DNA from: a virus
Length of the DNA: 64,000 nucleotides
Virus record (IMG/VR): IMGVR_UViG_3300020462_000001
Location: 26,535-90,534 of that record
Strand: one strand, 5' to 3'
The translations under genes were made by a program, and so were the position numbers. Numbering within the stretch: position 1 is the first letter of the stretch; each line of letters starts with the position of its first letter. Below the pieces are notes generated by a model that saw only the letters and a program-made list of their open reading frames with translations, was not told the DNA's origin and did not search any database. Shown here piece by piece: positions 26,289 through 35,946 of this stretch.

Positions 26289-26983
26289 ACGAACTGCCTT
26301 AACTTAGTTAGTATAATTTTATATGCCTCCACTATATCACCTTCTCCTTTACGGAACAAGTCCTTATCGAACCTTTCTCCTTTCCCTTTACTCCATAACC
26401 TCATGTTATCTGGTGAAAGTTCATCAGCCAGATAGAGATCACCATGAGCATCATATCCAAACTCAAGTTTAAAATCAACCAAATCAATACCACACATCAA
26501 GAAGAGTTGTTGTAATAACACATTGATATCTAATGTTTTTTCAATCAATGGTTGTGTATTGATACCCATCAACCTCACACGATCTGGTGTAAGGAGTGGA
26601 TCATTCTTTGTATCATCCTTGAGAAAGAACTCAACAATAGGTGGTTGGATAACCATACCTTCATTGAGATTGGTGGTCCTTACGATAGAACCAGCTGCGA
26701 TATTCCTACAGATAACTTCTACAGGAACAATCTCAAGTTTCTTGCACTTCATAGTATTCAATGAAGGGCAATCAATGAAGTGAGTTCTGATTGAGTTACT
26801 TTCCAGATACTCAAACAACATTGCTGACATAAGACAACAGATCGTACCCTTTCCTTTTGGGTAATCAATCATCTGTCCGTTTCCAGCAGTCACGCAATCT
26901 TCATACTGAACCAATACCTCTTGAGGTTCATTAGTTGCATAGAGTGTTTTTACTTTTCCTTTTAAAATTTCAGTCATACCCAT
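26285..26983 (-). CDS. purC: SAICAR synthetase
   Basis: GKVKTLY, TAGNG, PVEVICRNIAAGS, KDD.KNDP, VDFKLEFG, ADELSPDNMRLW, DKDLFR. Confidence 0.96.
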   Translation of the reverse strand: MGMTEILKGKVKTLYATNEPQEVLVQYEDCVTAGNGQMIDYPKGKGTICCLMSAMLFEYLESNSIRTHFIDCPSLNTMKCKKLEIVPVEVICRNIAAGSIVRTTNLNEGMVIQPPIVEFFLKDDTKNDPLLTPDRVRLMGINTQPLIEKTLDINVLLQQLFLMCGIDLVDFKLEFGYDAHGDLYLADELSPDNMRLWSKGKGERFDKDLFRKGEGDIVEAYKIILTKLRQFV

Positions 26984-27501
26984 TCAGGTTTACGATTAGG
27001 TAGGCGAAGGTAGTTATCCTTCACCCATGGTTTAGAACCAATGTACATCTTATATGCATCAAAGGTTGTGATACCAGTATCTAGCTTGAACTCATCAGGC
27101 ATTGCCCTGACGAAAGGGGTGGTCACCTTGCCAGACCTTCCTGTAGGGTCTCCAGTGGGGAGAATCTCCTTCGCAGCTAGTAAAGTGTGGTGACACGTAT
27201 GGACCTTGCCATACCTCTGTGTGTACTCCTCACAGAGGGCCAGACCATGGTGAAGGAGCCACTGCCAGTTCATCACGAACTCGTTGGCCCAGAGGGTACA
27301 GGGGTGGTTACGGAAGGCTCCTTTCTCAGTTGAGTAGGGAGTTCCGTCAGCCTTAGGAAGGGTACCAAACCCATGACCCCATTTGTCAGAACATACGATA
27401 GAAAGCATCTGACAGGTCTCTAAAGGCATCTTGACAATGTGCTTATCAGGAAGAACTTGTGCAGACTCTACAGGAGAATCACTAGTGACAAAGATGTTCA
27501 T
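26974..27501 (-). CDS. pyrimidine-dimer DNA glycosylase-like (DenV-related) protein
   Basis: MNIF...DKHIVKMPLETCQMLS...NHPCT.W...EY..RYGK.H...AMPD. Confidence 0.75.
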   Translation of the reverse strand: MNIFVTSDSPVESAQVLPDKHIVKMPLETCQMLSIVCSDKWGHGFGTLPKADGTPYSTEKGAFRNHPCTLWANEFVMNWQWLLHHGLALCEEYTQRYGKVHTCHHTLLAAKEILPTGDPTGRSGKVTTPFVRAMPDEFKLDTGITTFDAYKMYIGSKPWVKDNYLRLPNRKPEWV

Positions 27502-28151
27502 AAGAAATTAGAATTCAACAGTACTCTAACAGGTACATCATAAGCACACATTCCTGTGTGAAGATGATTTCCTTCAAAAATAAACAATCTGTTAGATACT
27601 GAATCAACTCTCATCATTTCAGTAAGACCGTTTACTTGTTTGGATGTTAGGGAGTTTCCATAGGAACCAATGGATCCTTTTCCGAATCCCCGATGAGTTT
27701 CGTAACCCTGTGTTTCATTATAGACCACCGTTGGCGACCCACAGGTGTGGAGATACAGAATTGTTGTAAAATGTTTCAATGGTATATCCACATGAGGGTG
27801 GAACTTAATTTCCTTTCCCCTATGTGTAGTGAGATCTAATCTAGTTCTAACTAGTTTTTTAAATCCAAATTCACTCCCATACCTCATCAGTATCTTGTTA
27901 TTGATACGTTGAACTAAGGGAGTGTTTTTCTTATCCTGATATTTACAACCAGGTTCATCCATATGGATGAAGTTAAAACCAAATCCATATCCAGTTTTAT
28001 CAACTTCTGTATCAGGTAATCCAGAAGAACCACCTGTAATACTTGGTATGTGATAATACTCTTGGTCGTATGTTAGTGAATTTACTATGTCATCAAAGTT
28101 TTCATCATCTATAAAATTATCTACAATTTTATATTTCATAGTAAATGACAC
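27498..28151 (-). CDS. 2OG-Fe(II) oxygenase
   Basis: HPHVD, ILYL, NRLFIFEG..LHTG...RVLLN. Confidence 0.82.
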   Translation of the reverse strand: MSFTMKYKIVDNFIDDENFDDIVNSLTYDQEYYHIPSITGGSSGLPDTEVDKTGYGFGFNFIHMDEPGCKYQDKKNTPLVQRINNKILMRYGSEFGFKKLVRTRLDLTTHRGKEIKFHPHVDIPLKHFTTILYLHTCGSPTVVYNETQGYETHRGFGKGSIGSYGNSLTSKQVNGLTEMMRVDSVSNRLFIFEGNHLHTGMCAYDVPVRVLLNSNFL

Positions 28152-28157
28152 AGTTTA

Positions 28158-28823
28158 TCAACCGAAGGTAGAATCCGGTTCAAGTGCGATGTAATACGTC
28201 ACGTCAATATTCTGATTAGTGAAACGAGAAAGGAGTTTAGATGATACAACTACATCATAGTTACCAGGTACAATCTTAAGGTTCTCTTCTTTGAAGTTGA
28301 ATACAAACTCATCTTCTGTCTCACCAACAATGATAGAGAAGTCATTAGAAGTGTTATTCTTCTTGTCTCGTGCAACCAGTTTGATCACACCGTTCTCACC
28401 AATCACAGATACATCAGGAAGTTGATAGATCGATGATGCCTTCTTGAGTTTCTCAAGTTGTTGTGAGGACAACTCAAAGGACACATCCTCAGAGGGAAGA
28501 GTGATCTCCTTATCGGGGGGTGCAACGATCACAGAAGGATCTGCGAAGAAGTACTTAGACCTCATACGACCTTCTTTGATGACGACATACTCATCATTAG
28601 TGAAGTCCAGTTCAGGACTTGCGTGAAGGGAGAGACCATTAAGGAATTGGTTCAGATCATAGATACCAAAGTCCTTATCAAACTCTTCAGCAACGTTTGC
28701 CTCCACCAGAATGTTCTTCATCACAGAAATGGTACGAAGTTTGGTACCCTCTTTGAAGAGAATAGATTGATTGATAGAAGAGAAGTTCTTCAGAAGATTT
28801 ACAGTGGATTCAGAAAGTTTCAT
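28158..28823 (-). CDS. gp45: sliding clamp (T4 gp45)
   Basis: MKLS..T...LKNFSSINQSI, FGIYDLNQFL, YYIALEPDS. Confidence 0.96.
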   Translation of the reverse strand: MKLSESTVNLLKNFSSINQSILFKEGTKLRTISVMKNILVEANVAEEFDKDFGIYDLNQFLNGLSLHASPELDFTNDEYVVIKEGRMRSKYFFADPSVIVAPPDKEITLPSEDVSFELSSQQLEKLKKASSIYQLPDVSVIGENGVIKLVARDKKNNTSNDFSIIVGETEDEFVFNFKEENLKIVPGNYDVVVSSKLLSRFTNQNIDVTYYIALEPDSTFG

Positions 28824-28844
28824 AATTTGTTGTTTAGAGTTCGA

Positions 28845-29195
28845 TTATTGAGGGTATTGTTCAAGTTTTGCGTTTTTGTCGTTGAAGAACATTAGAAGAA
28901 CAGCATAGTGGAGAATCTTTGTAATGTCACGTCGTGCTGTTCCTTTCTTATCATATCGTGATGCATACTTCAGGATGTTACTCCTACAGAATGCTTCACC
29001 ATCACCACATGCTTCGATGAGATCTAGAGTTTGAATCTTACTCTCACCTGCTGAGTAGTGTTGATTGTATGTTCCTCTGATGTACTCAAGAAGTTCATTT
29101 ACAATCTCCTCCTCATTATACTTAAGTTTCTTGTATACTGGAGCATTAGGGTCTCTGTTCCTCTCAGTATCATAATAGTGTTCAGAGTGTTCCAT
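28845..29195 (-). CDS. DUF3310-like protein
   Basis: HY...IQTLDLI...FCRSNILKYASRYDKKG....DI.K..HY. Confidence 0.7.
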   Translation of the reverse strand: MEHSEHYYDTERNRDPNAPVYKKLKYNEEEIVNELLEYIRGTYNQHYSAGESKIQTLDLIEACGDGEAFCRSNILKYASRYDKKGTARRDITKILHYAVLLMFFNDKNAKLEQYPQ

Positions 29196-29224
29196 AGTAA
29201 AGAAGGGGAGGTTTATCTCCCCAT

Positions 29225-29253
29225 ATTATATCAGAAGTTTACCTTTCCTTCAA
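29225..29253 (-). promoter_or_regulatory. early sigma70-type promoter
   Basis: TTGAAG-N17-TATAAT with extended TG, then GGGGAG...CTCCCC hairpin. Confidence 0.6.
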
Positions 29254-30337
29254 CAGTTTCACCATTGTATTCTACAGTGAATGACTGTGACATCTCAAAG
29301 TCGATATCCACTTTATCATACAACTCAATGAATGACTGTTTGGTTTCATCATCGAAACGATTCAAACAAACTTTGATTGCCTTGGTCTTATCACCAAAGA
29401 TCTCATATGCTTTGACGATATGAACCAACCTACGGGTACTGATAACCTCTTCGATACCTCCATCGTTGAAGGTTTTACGAATGATATCAGCCCAATCAGC
29501 TAGGTGCTTACAGAACTTCTCATCCTTACATAGGATACCAAGGATCTTCTGTTCAGTAGCTGGTGAAGGATACTCTTGTTCAAGAGTGATACAGAACCTT
29601 TCAAGGAAGGCTTCATTCAATACATTGGTACCGATGAACCTACCATCATCAGATCCCTTACCCTTGGTGTTTGCTGTTGCAATTACAGTGAAACCATCTT
29701 TGGGTTTCACAAACTTACCAATCTTCTTGAGGAAGACACCCTTACCTTCAAGGATAGATTGGAGACACAAGATCTTATTGGATGCCAGGTCAACCTCATC
29801 TAGAAGCAACACTGCTCCACGTTCCAGAGCCTCGATGACTGGACCATTATGCCAAACAGTTTCACCATTAACCAAACGGAAGCCACCAATAAGGTCATCC
29901 TCATCAGTCTCGATAGTAATGTTGACACGGATTAGTTCCCTCTTGAGTTGAGCACATGCCTGTTCAACACCAAAGGTTTTACCGTTACCAGACAATCCAG
30001 TAATGAATGTAGGGTAGAATAGACCAGATTTAATAATCTTTTTGATATCATTGAAGTTACCGAATGGAACATATGATTGATCTTTGTCAGGTACTAGGTT
30101 CTCTTCAGTATGATTTTCTACAGCTGGAGTTTGATATGTTTCTTCTAATTCTTCTTTGATTTCTTGAACGGTGAGTTCCCATTTACCACGACCAGATTTA
30201 TACTGATCGATTTTCTTAGTAACTGTTGGGTAAGAAGTACCATGCATCGCACACCAGGCCCGGATATCACCTGTTCGTACAGTCTCACCATAAATGGATT
30301 GGAGAGATGATACAATGTATTCAGTGGAAAGTGTCAT
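29231..30337 (-). CDS. cobS: CobS-like (MoxR-related) AAA+ ATPase
   Basis: GLSGNGKT, DEDDLIGG, LLLDE, ATANTKGKG, NEAFLERF, STRRL. Confidence 0.9.
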   Translation of the reverse strand: MTLSTEYIVSSLQSIYGETVRTGDIRAWCAMHGTSYPTVTKKIDQYKSGRGKWELTVQEIKEELEETYQTPAVENHTEENLVPDKDQSYVPFGNFNDIKKIIKSGLFYPTFITGLSGNGKTFGVEQACAQLKRELIRVNITIETDEDDLIGGFRLVNGETVWHNGPVIEALERGAVLLLDEVDLASNKILCLQSILEGKGVFLKKIGKFVKPKDGFTVIATANTKGKGSDDGRFIGTNVLNEAFLERFCITLEQEYPSPATEQKILGILCKDEKFCKHLADWADIIRKTFNDGGIEEVISTRRLVHIVKAYEIFGDKTKAIKVCLNRFDDETKQSFIELYDKVDIDFEMSQSFTVEYNGETVEGKVNF

Positions 30338-30360
30338 AATAAAGGGGTTCTACAATAATG

Positions 30361-30381
30361 AAGCAGTTTAGGGGTGAGTAA
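30361..30381 (-). promoter_or_regulatory. repeated upstream motif, copy 1 (TTACTCACCCCTAAACTGCTT)
   Basis: 19/21 identical to copy 2; same offset (24) from the cobS ATG. Confidence 0.6.
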
Positions 30382-30502
30382 CTTTAACTAGTTTCAGTTT
30401 AAGAGATTTGAGAGCCTGTTTACGGGCCTTAAGGACACCCTTACAAGTGCCCTTTGTTTTCTTCTCTTTACCTGAATTGTGTACCCAATTGGGTGTTGAC
30501 AT
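30368..30502 (-). CDS. 44-aa basic peptide (not in ORF track)
   Basis: MSTPNWVHNSGKEKKTKGTCKGVLKARKQALKSLKLKLVKVTHP; begins 2 nt after upstream stop. Confidence 0.6.
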   Translation of the reverse strand: MSTPNWVHNSGKEKKTKGTCKGVLKARKQALKSLKLKLVKVTHP

Positions 30503-30504
30503 GA

Positions 30505-32547
30505 CTAACAGACCAGATCCATGAATTGACTGAGAACTTTCTTATTTAGAGTTTTAGCTTTGAGTGACTTCATAAATGATGATTTGATTTTGGATTTTGT
30601 TGCGTTGTTCTCAACTTCAAAGGTCGAATCACTATCGAGTGAATTCTGAATCATAACGAAGTATGCATCGAATCCAGAGTCATTGATCCTATAACTCTTA
30701 TCTTTACGAGCAACCTTAGATTGTTCCTCTGTAATGTATTGATACCTCTTCACAAAGGGAACAAAATCTCTAGATGAGATGAGACGAATACCAATGAAGT
30801 TAGTATCAGGAAAGGTCTGTTTTAGATCCTTCAACATAACATCAGTGAACTTCCAGTATTCATAATCAAGTTGGTAAGTGTGACCAGTTTTACGATTACG
30901 AAGGAAACCATTTGCTACACACGACCGAGGACACATGCTACCATTATAAGTACTATATCCAAAGTGATTTAGTTGGTGAGCTTCACCATCAGTGAGAATA
31001 ACACACTGAACCTTCTGGAGGTTATTCTCTTTCTTAAACTTAGGAATAATCGTGTGAAGGGCCACCATTGATTCATTCAAAGGTGTACCAGACAAGTTAA
31101 CCTGACCAGGAGGAGCATAAGAAACATAGTGACGGAAAGAATATGCAACTCTGAATAGATTCTTCATCTGAGTCTCAAGTGTTTTCTTATTGACTTTGGA
31201 AGTCAACACATTCATGAATGAGAAGTCACTATCAATAGTAAAGTTACCTTCTATAAATTCATTATGAAAACTATCACGTTCGGTTTCTCTTACTCTGATG
31301 TTGTAGGAACTAGTGAAAGCATATACATCAAAGGGAATATTAACCTTACTACAGAACCAAACAAGGTTGTAAAGTTGTTTGATAGTACTCTCCATACAAT
31401 CAGCCATAGAACCAGACCAATCTAAGACGAAGATCAATCCGTGATTCTTACCATCAGGAACGACAGATACCTTCCTGAATAGATCTTCATTATACTTGTA
31501 AGTATGAAGTTTAGTACAATCAAGAACACCAGTTCGTGCTGTGGTTGTTCTAGCGTAAGCGTCAGCTGACTTCTTACACTCAAACTCTTTAACCAGATAA
31601 CTCACTTCACGTTGTGCAGTTTTCTTAAAGTTGTTGTATATGGAATCAACATATTGAAATGTTCCTTCAGGATATGTTTTAAATTGAATCGTTATAGCAT
31701 CATGAATATCTTTATTAGGATTAACAATCTTTTCATACTCTAACTTAGGGACTTCATAATACTCATTACCACGACCTTCTCCAATTAAACCATTCAACTC
31801 AGATACATTCTCATTGAATATCTCATCAGTTGTAACTTCTGGTTCAGATTGTGTAACTTCTTCTCCAGATGAACTAGGATCGATATCAGTTTCTGTACTA
31901 TCACCCTCACCTTCAGAATCACTATCTTCTTGTTCACCTTCTTTCTTTTCTTCTCCCTTCTGGTTACCTTCAGTTGTATCATTAAGTTCTGGTTCTTGAT
32001 TATTCAACTCATCCTTACAGAACTTGTAAATCTTTTCAGCTACATCTAACGCATCTTTGAATGATTCGCTCTCACCTACAAGATCAACAAGTTCTTGTTC
32101 TACTTCTGTAAAAGGAATCTTACTGAAGTTTCCAATCTTGTAGTGTAGATTGATACGATCAGCCAGATTCATCTCACTGATATCAGTATCTTCAAGTTCA
32201 AAGAAATCAGATTCAGATAACTCTTCATATCCACGATAAAAAGATTTACATAATCCAGGAAACCTACGTTTCATAAGTTTCTCAATCCTAGCATCTTCTG
32301 TGATATTCACAAAAGATCTAGGTATTCTTTTTTCCCAATCCCATTCATTAGGAGTATAAAGAGCGTGTCCTACTTCATGACCAACCAACATATCATATAC
32401 AGTGTTAGAAGCTCTCTTCCACATTGGAAGTGTAAGAACTCTCTTCTCAACATCAAATGATGCTGTACTTACATCACGATTCTCTACTACCAAATCTTCT
32501 GTAGCAAGGAGTTTAGCAAGTTGTGATTTGATCTCGTAATTAACCAT
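30505..32547 (-). CDS. metallopeptidase-like plus vWA (CobT-like) protein
   Basis: HEVGH...EDARIE; acidic linker; MIDAS DWSGS, LSGTPL, LTDGE. Confidence 0.85.
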   Translation of the reverse strand: MVNYEIKSQLAKLLATEDLVVENRDVSTASFDVEKRVLTLPMWKRASNTVYDMLVGHEVGHALYTPNEWDWEKRIPRSFVNITEDARIEKLMKRRFPGLCKSFYRGYEELSESDFFELEDTDISEMNLADRINLHYKIGNFSKIPFTEVEQELVDLVGESESFKDALDVAEKIYKFCKDELNNQEPELNDTTEGNQKGEEKKEGEQEDSDSEGEGDSTETDIDPSSSGEEVTQSEPEVTTDEIFNENVSELNGLIGEGRGNEYYEVPKLEYEKIVNPNKDIHDAITIQFKTYPEGTFQYVDSIYNNFKKTAQREVSYLVKEFECKKSADAYARTTTARTGVLDCTKLHTYKYNEDLFRKVSVVPDGKNHGLIFVLDWSGSMADCMESTIKQLYNLVWFCSKVNIPFDVYAFTSSYNIRVRETERDSFHNEFIEGNFTIDSDFSFMNVLTSKVNKKTLETQMKNLFRVAYSFRHYVSYAPPGQVNLSGTPLNESMVALHTIIPKFKKENNLQKVQCVILTDGEAHQLNHFGYSTYNGSMCPRSCVANGFLRNRKTGHTYQLDYEYWKFTDVMLKDLKQTFPDTNFIGIRLISSRDFVPFVKRYQYITEEQSKVARKDKSYRINDSGFDAYFVMIQNSLDSDSTFEVENNATKSKIKSSFMKSLKAKTLNKKVLSQFMDLVC

Positions 32548-32570
32548 GGTGTAAGTGTCTCTCAGATATA

Positions 32571-32591
32571 AAGCATTTTAGAGGTGAGTAA
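32571..32591 (-). promoter_or_regulatory. repeated upstream motif, copy 2 (TTACTCACCTCTAAAATGCTT)
   Basis: 19/21 identical to copy 1; offset 24 from ATG at 32547. Confidence 0.6.
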
Positions 32592-32635
32592 TATTATTTT
32601 TGAGAGGGTTCTATCAGTTTAGTAATTGGCACACC

Positions 32636-32660
32636 AAACCCCGACATTTCTGCCGGGGTT
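32636..32660 (-). terminator. probable terminator hairpin
   Basis: AACCCCG...CGGGGTTT. Confidence 0.5.
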
Positions 32661-32696
32661 CTTAGGTAGGATTCTCCTTTTAAGTTTTTATAGAAA

Positions 32697-32879
32697 TTAT
32701 GTTGTCAGAATGTACCTACAGAATCTTTTTGCTTCGTGATCAGGAATGTCGCACTCGGTAATACATTGAAAGTATTCCGTCACTTGATCATAGCGTTCCT
32801 CCTCTGTGTTTTTCTCATCCCACTCCCAAGTTGCTAGCTCGTTACGTGATATCAAATTTTTCATGTTATAACCTCTCAT
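32697..32879 (-). CDS. small Cys-containing hypothetical protein
   Basis: MKNLISRNEL...YFQCITEC......C; likely start at MKNL after GAGAGG. Confidence 0.65.
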   Translation of the reverse strand: MRGYNMKNLISRNELATWEWDEKNTEEERYDQVTEYFQCITECDIPDHEAKRFCRYILTT

Positions 32880-32933
32880 GAGATTCTCATTATATAGTCA
32901 GGGTATCCTAACTTTATGAAGTTTTAGTATTCT

Positions 32934-34643
32934 TCATACTTTCCTTGAGAACCCTTTACACTTCTCAAACTTGACTACTTCTTGGAACTTATCTTCGAGT
33001 CCAGTTTTGTGAGAGATCACAAATATATTAGCATCTGTAATTTGATATCTAATAATCTTGAGGAACTCATCAGTCCCAAATCCATCCAGTGAAGAATCGA
33101 AAACCTCATCAAGGATTAAGAGGTTAGTATTCACAGAGTTCTTGAACCTAGCAACCTCTCTCCATGTGAATAGAAGTGCCAAATCAATTCTCATCTTCTC
33201 CCCTTCACTGAATGAAGAGTATGAGAAGTCCTCATGAATGGGTGATTCAATTGTCTCATTAAATTCATCATCAAGTTTGAAATTAATGTAGAACTCCATC
33301 ATCTGGAGATACTTATTGACTGACTGATTGATCAGTGGAAGATACTTCTTAATAATTTTTGTCTTAACTCCACCATCCTTCAGAAGGTTATATGTGAAAT
33401 CATAATATGAAATATCTTCTCTCTTCTTTCCTAACTCCTCATATGTGTTTTGTAGCGATTCTCTGAAACCTTCAAGCTTCTGGTGTTCAGAATTTCTGTC
33501 TTCAAGTTGTGAGGTAAGTTTTTGAATTTCAGATTCATGTTGCCTGATCTGTCTTTGACAACTAGAGATCTTAGTGTTGTTAGAAGTAATGTCATTAAGT
33601 AAGTTACTTATGTCTCCTGAAATAGATTTGAAGTGAGACTCTCTGTTTTCTTCCTCTTTGATCACATTTAAGAGTTTCTCGTACTCTTTCTGTAAATCCT
33701 TTGCTTTAAGTTGAGAGTCTTCGATTCTATTTAACCTAAACGATTCTTCAATGTGCTGATCACAGGTAGGACAAACCGCATTATCGTTAAAAAACTTATG
33801 ATCTTTAACTAATGTAGAGATCTTCTGTGAGATCTTACCCTTAAAACTTCCATACTCACGAAGTTTCTTACTGGAATCAGAATATTCTTCAAGTTCTTTC
33901 TGAAGTTGTTCAAGTAATTGATTACTATTTGAAGACTCATGAATCAACTCATTCTCTTCTGATACAAGATCTGTAATCTTACTTTGTCTCTGTTTGATAT
34001 CATCCTGACTTCTGTTTTCCAACTCATCAATAAAGTTCTTCTGCATCTCAACTTTATCACTGAGTGATTCTTTCTTCAGTTCTAGAGTTCTAATATTTTC
34101 TCTCAACCCACGAATCTTATCTTTGATCAACACATTCATAGATGAGAAGATCTTAATGTCCAACAGATCCTCAACCACCTCTCTCCTACTGGATGTAGGG
34201 AGTTGCATAAAGGGAACAAAGGTGGATGAACCTAGGATAACGATCTGTGTGAAACTCTTATAGTTCATCTTCAGAACATTCTGTTCCAACCACTTCTGTT
34301 GATCATTAGCAGATGCCTTTTGATCTAACTCTTCACCATTACGCCAGATCTTAAATGTGTTAGGTTTGATTCCCCTCTCAACCTTCCACTCAACCTTATT
34401 CACATTGAACTCAATCTCAACTACCGTACCCTTATCATTGGTAGTATTGATGAGTTGATTCTTATTGATTTTACGAAATGCCTTTCCGTAGAGTGAAAAG
34501 CATAATGCATCAAGGATAGTGCTTTTCCCTGCCCCATTGGTTCCAATAATAAGAGTAGTTGAATCTTTGTTTAGTTCAACTTCGGTAAAGTGATTGCCGG
34601 TAGAAAGTAGGTTCTTCCAACGAATCTTTTCAAACAAAATCAT
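32934..34643 (-). CDS. gp46: recombination nuclease ATPase subunit (T4 gp46, Rad50-like)
   Basis: GTNGAGKST, CPTC hook, FSEGEK, LDEVFDSSLD, ISHK. Confidence 0.97.
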   Translation of the reverse strand: MILFEKIRWKNLLSTGNHFTEVELNKDSTTLIIGTNGAGKSTILDALCFSLYGKAFRKINKNQLINTTNDKGTVVEIEFNVNKVEWKVERGIKPNTFKIWRNGEELDQKASANDQQKWLEQNVLKMNYKSFTQIVILGSSTFVPFMQLPTSSRREVVEDLLDIKIFSSMNVLIKDKIRGLRENIRTLELKKESLSDKVEMQKNFIDELENRSQDDIKQRQSKITDLVSEENELIHESSNSNQLLEQLQKELEEYSDSSKKLREYGSFKGKISQKISTLVKDHKFFNDNAVCPTCDQHIEESFRLNRIEDSQLKAKDLQKEYEKLLNVIKEEENRESHFKSISGDISNLLNDITSNNTKISSCQRQIRQHESEIQKLTSQLEDRNSEHQKLEGFRESLQNTYEELGKKREDISYYDFTYNLLKDGGVKTKIIKKYLPLINQSVNKYLQMMEFYINFKLDDEFNETIESPIHEDFSYSSFSEGEKMRIDLALLFTWREVARFKNSVNTNLLILDEVFDSSLDGFGTDEFLKIIRYQITDANIFVISHKTGLEDKFQEVVKFEKCKGFSRKV

Positions 34644-34902
34644 GAGCGTTATCAGGGGGAATCACAACATCATTGGGGGTAATAACAGTATACCTATGTT
34701 CATGTAGTTCACATGTTCTTATCATAAGTTCGTCATCTATTTCCAAAACCTTAAGTTTTGGATAGTCGAGTAATTCGAGTTGCATGGCGTATCTAACAGC
34801 ATCATCCTCTTGAGTAAAGATATAAAGAACTTGTTCCCCATCTTCATCAACAACAGAATATGCTCCATCCTTCTCTTTACCTACAACTGTGATAATATAC
34901 AT
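34630..34902 (-). CDS. conserved hypothetical protein
   Basis: F..EDDA.RYA..L pattern; between gp47 and gp46. Confidence 0.75.
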   Translation of the reverse strand: MYIITVVGKEKDGAYSVVDEDGEQVLYIFTQEDDAVRYAMQLELLDYPKLKVLEIDDELMIRTCELHEHRYTVITPNDVVIPPDNAHDFV

Positions 34903-35942
34903 CAGACAAGTTCACATGCTTCTTGGTATATCGATCTCATTACATTCTGAATACGTTCTGTATCCAAATCAGTCTCTGAATCGTTAATATATCTATCTAA
35001 GATAGAAAGTGTATCTTCTGATTCTTCAATCTCAAACTCTTCTGATTCTATCAGTTGGAAGTTCTCGATGATTTTAAGATCATGTACGCCAACAGAATAG
35101 AGTTTATCAATAAACTTTTCAAACTTAGTGATATTAGTTTTCTTCTTGACAATAACCTTGACAATCTTATTCTCATACTTTGTAACATCAAACATCTGAT
35201 GATCCGTGTCTTCATAGTAGATGTTATGGAATAATTCGTATGGGTTATCGACCGGAGTATGATCTAGTGTCTCTGTATCAAAGATATGAAATCCTCTAGT
35301 ATCATTCACATCATTCCAGAACATTTGATAGGGATTACCTAAGTAGAAGATCTTTCCGTCTGACGATCTAGTGTGATAGTGTCCCGAGAAGACTTTCCTG
35401 TACTTCTCAAATAGTTGGCTGTCCATACCATTTTCCATGACGCAGCCACGATGAGCTCTGAATCCTGACAACTCAAGGTGCCCCATCGCACAAATGCAAT
35501 TTGAATCTTTAATAGATTTGACGCTACTCTGATAATTTTGTTCATTAATCCATGGAATAAAGAGAATTTCTAATCCACCCACATTCACTTCTGTTGTGGA
35601 TGAATACACCTTAACATTATTATACTCTTTCAACAATAAGTCAACAGCGTTAATATCATTTGTGTTTTTGTAGTATGCATCATGATTACCTACCATGAGA
35701 TGCATTGTGATTCCTCGTTCTTTAATAGGCTCAAAGACAACTCTCTTTGCCCATTCTAGTGAAGTGAAATCAATACCTTTACGGCTATCAAAGGCATCAC
35801 CCATATGGATAATAGTATCAATGCCTTCACTATCAATAGTGGGGAAAAAGATGTCTCTATAAAACTTTTCAAAATAATCATGAAACAGTCTAGAACTTTT
35901 TCTGGCCCCATAATGAGTGTCCGTTATGATAGCAACTTTCAT
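34902..35942 (-). CDS. gp47: recombination nuclease subunit (T4 gp47, Mre11-like)
   Basis: TDTHYG, GDAFD, GNHD, GHLE, SGHYH. Confidence 0.97.
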   Translation of the reverse strand: MKVAIITDTHYGARKSSRLFHDYFEKFYRDIFFPTIDSEGIDTIIHMGDAFDSRKGIDFTSLEWAKRVVFEPIKERGITMHLMVGNHDAYYKNTNDINAVDLLLKEYNNVKVYSSTTEVNVGGLEILFIPWINEQNYQSSVKSIKDSNCICAMGHLELSGFRAHRGCVMENGMDSQLFEKYRKVFSGHYHTRSSDGKIFYLGNPYQMFWNDVNDTRGFHIFDTETLDHTPVDNPYELFHNIYYEDTDHQMFDVTKYENKIVKVIVKKKTNITKFEKFIDKLYSVGVHDLKIIENFQLIESEEFEIEESEDTLSILDRYINDSETDLDTERIQNVMRSIYQEACELV

Positions 35943-35946
35943 ATAA

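Noticed and set aside
28824-28845. Third copy of the 21-bp upstream motif (CTCTAAAC before gp45; CCCCTCTAAATG near 48955)
   Set aside because: Only a short core matches; the TTACTCAC part and the spacing are absent.
32697-32879. CP12 auxiliary gene
   Set aside because: Small and Cys-containing, but lacks the CP12 AWD.VEEL and C-terminal C..P...EC..Y motifs.
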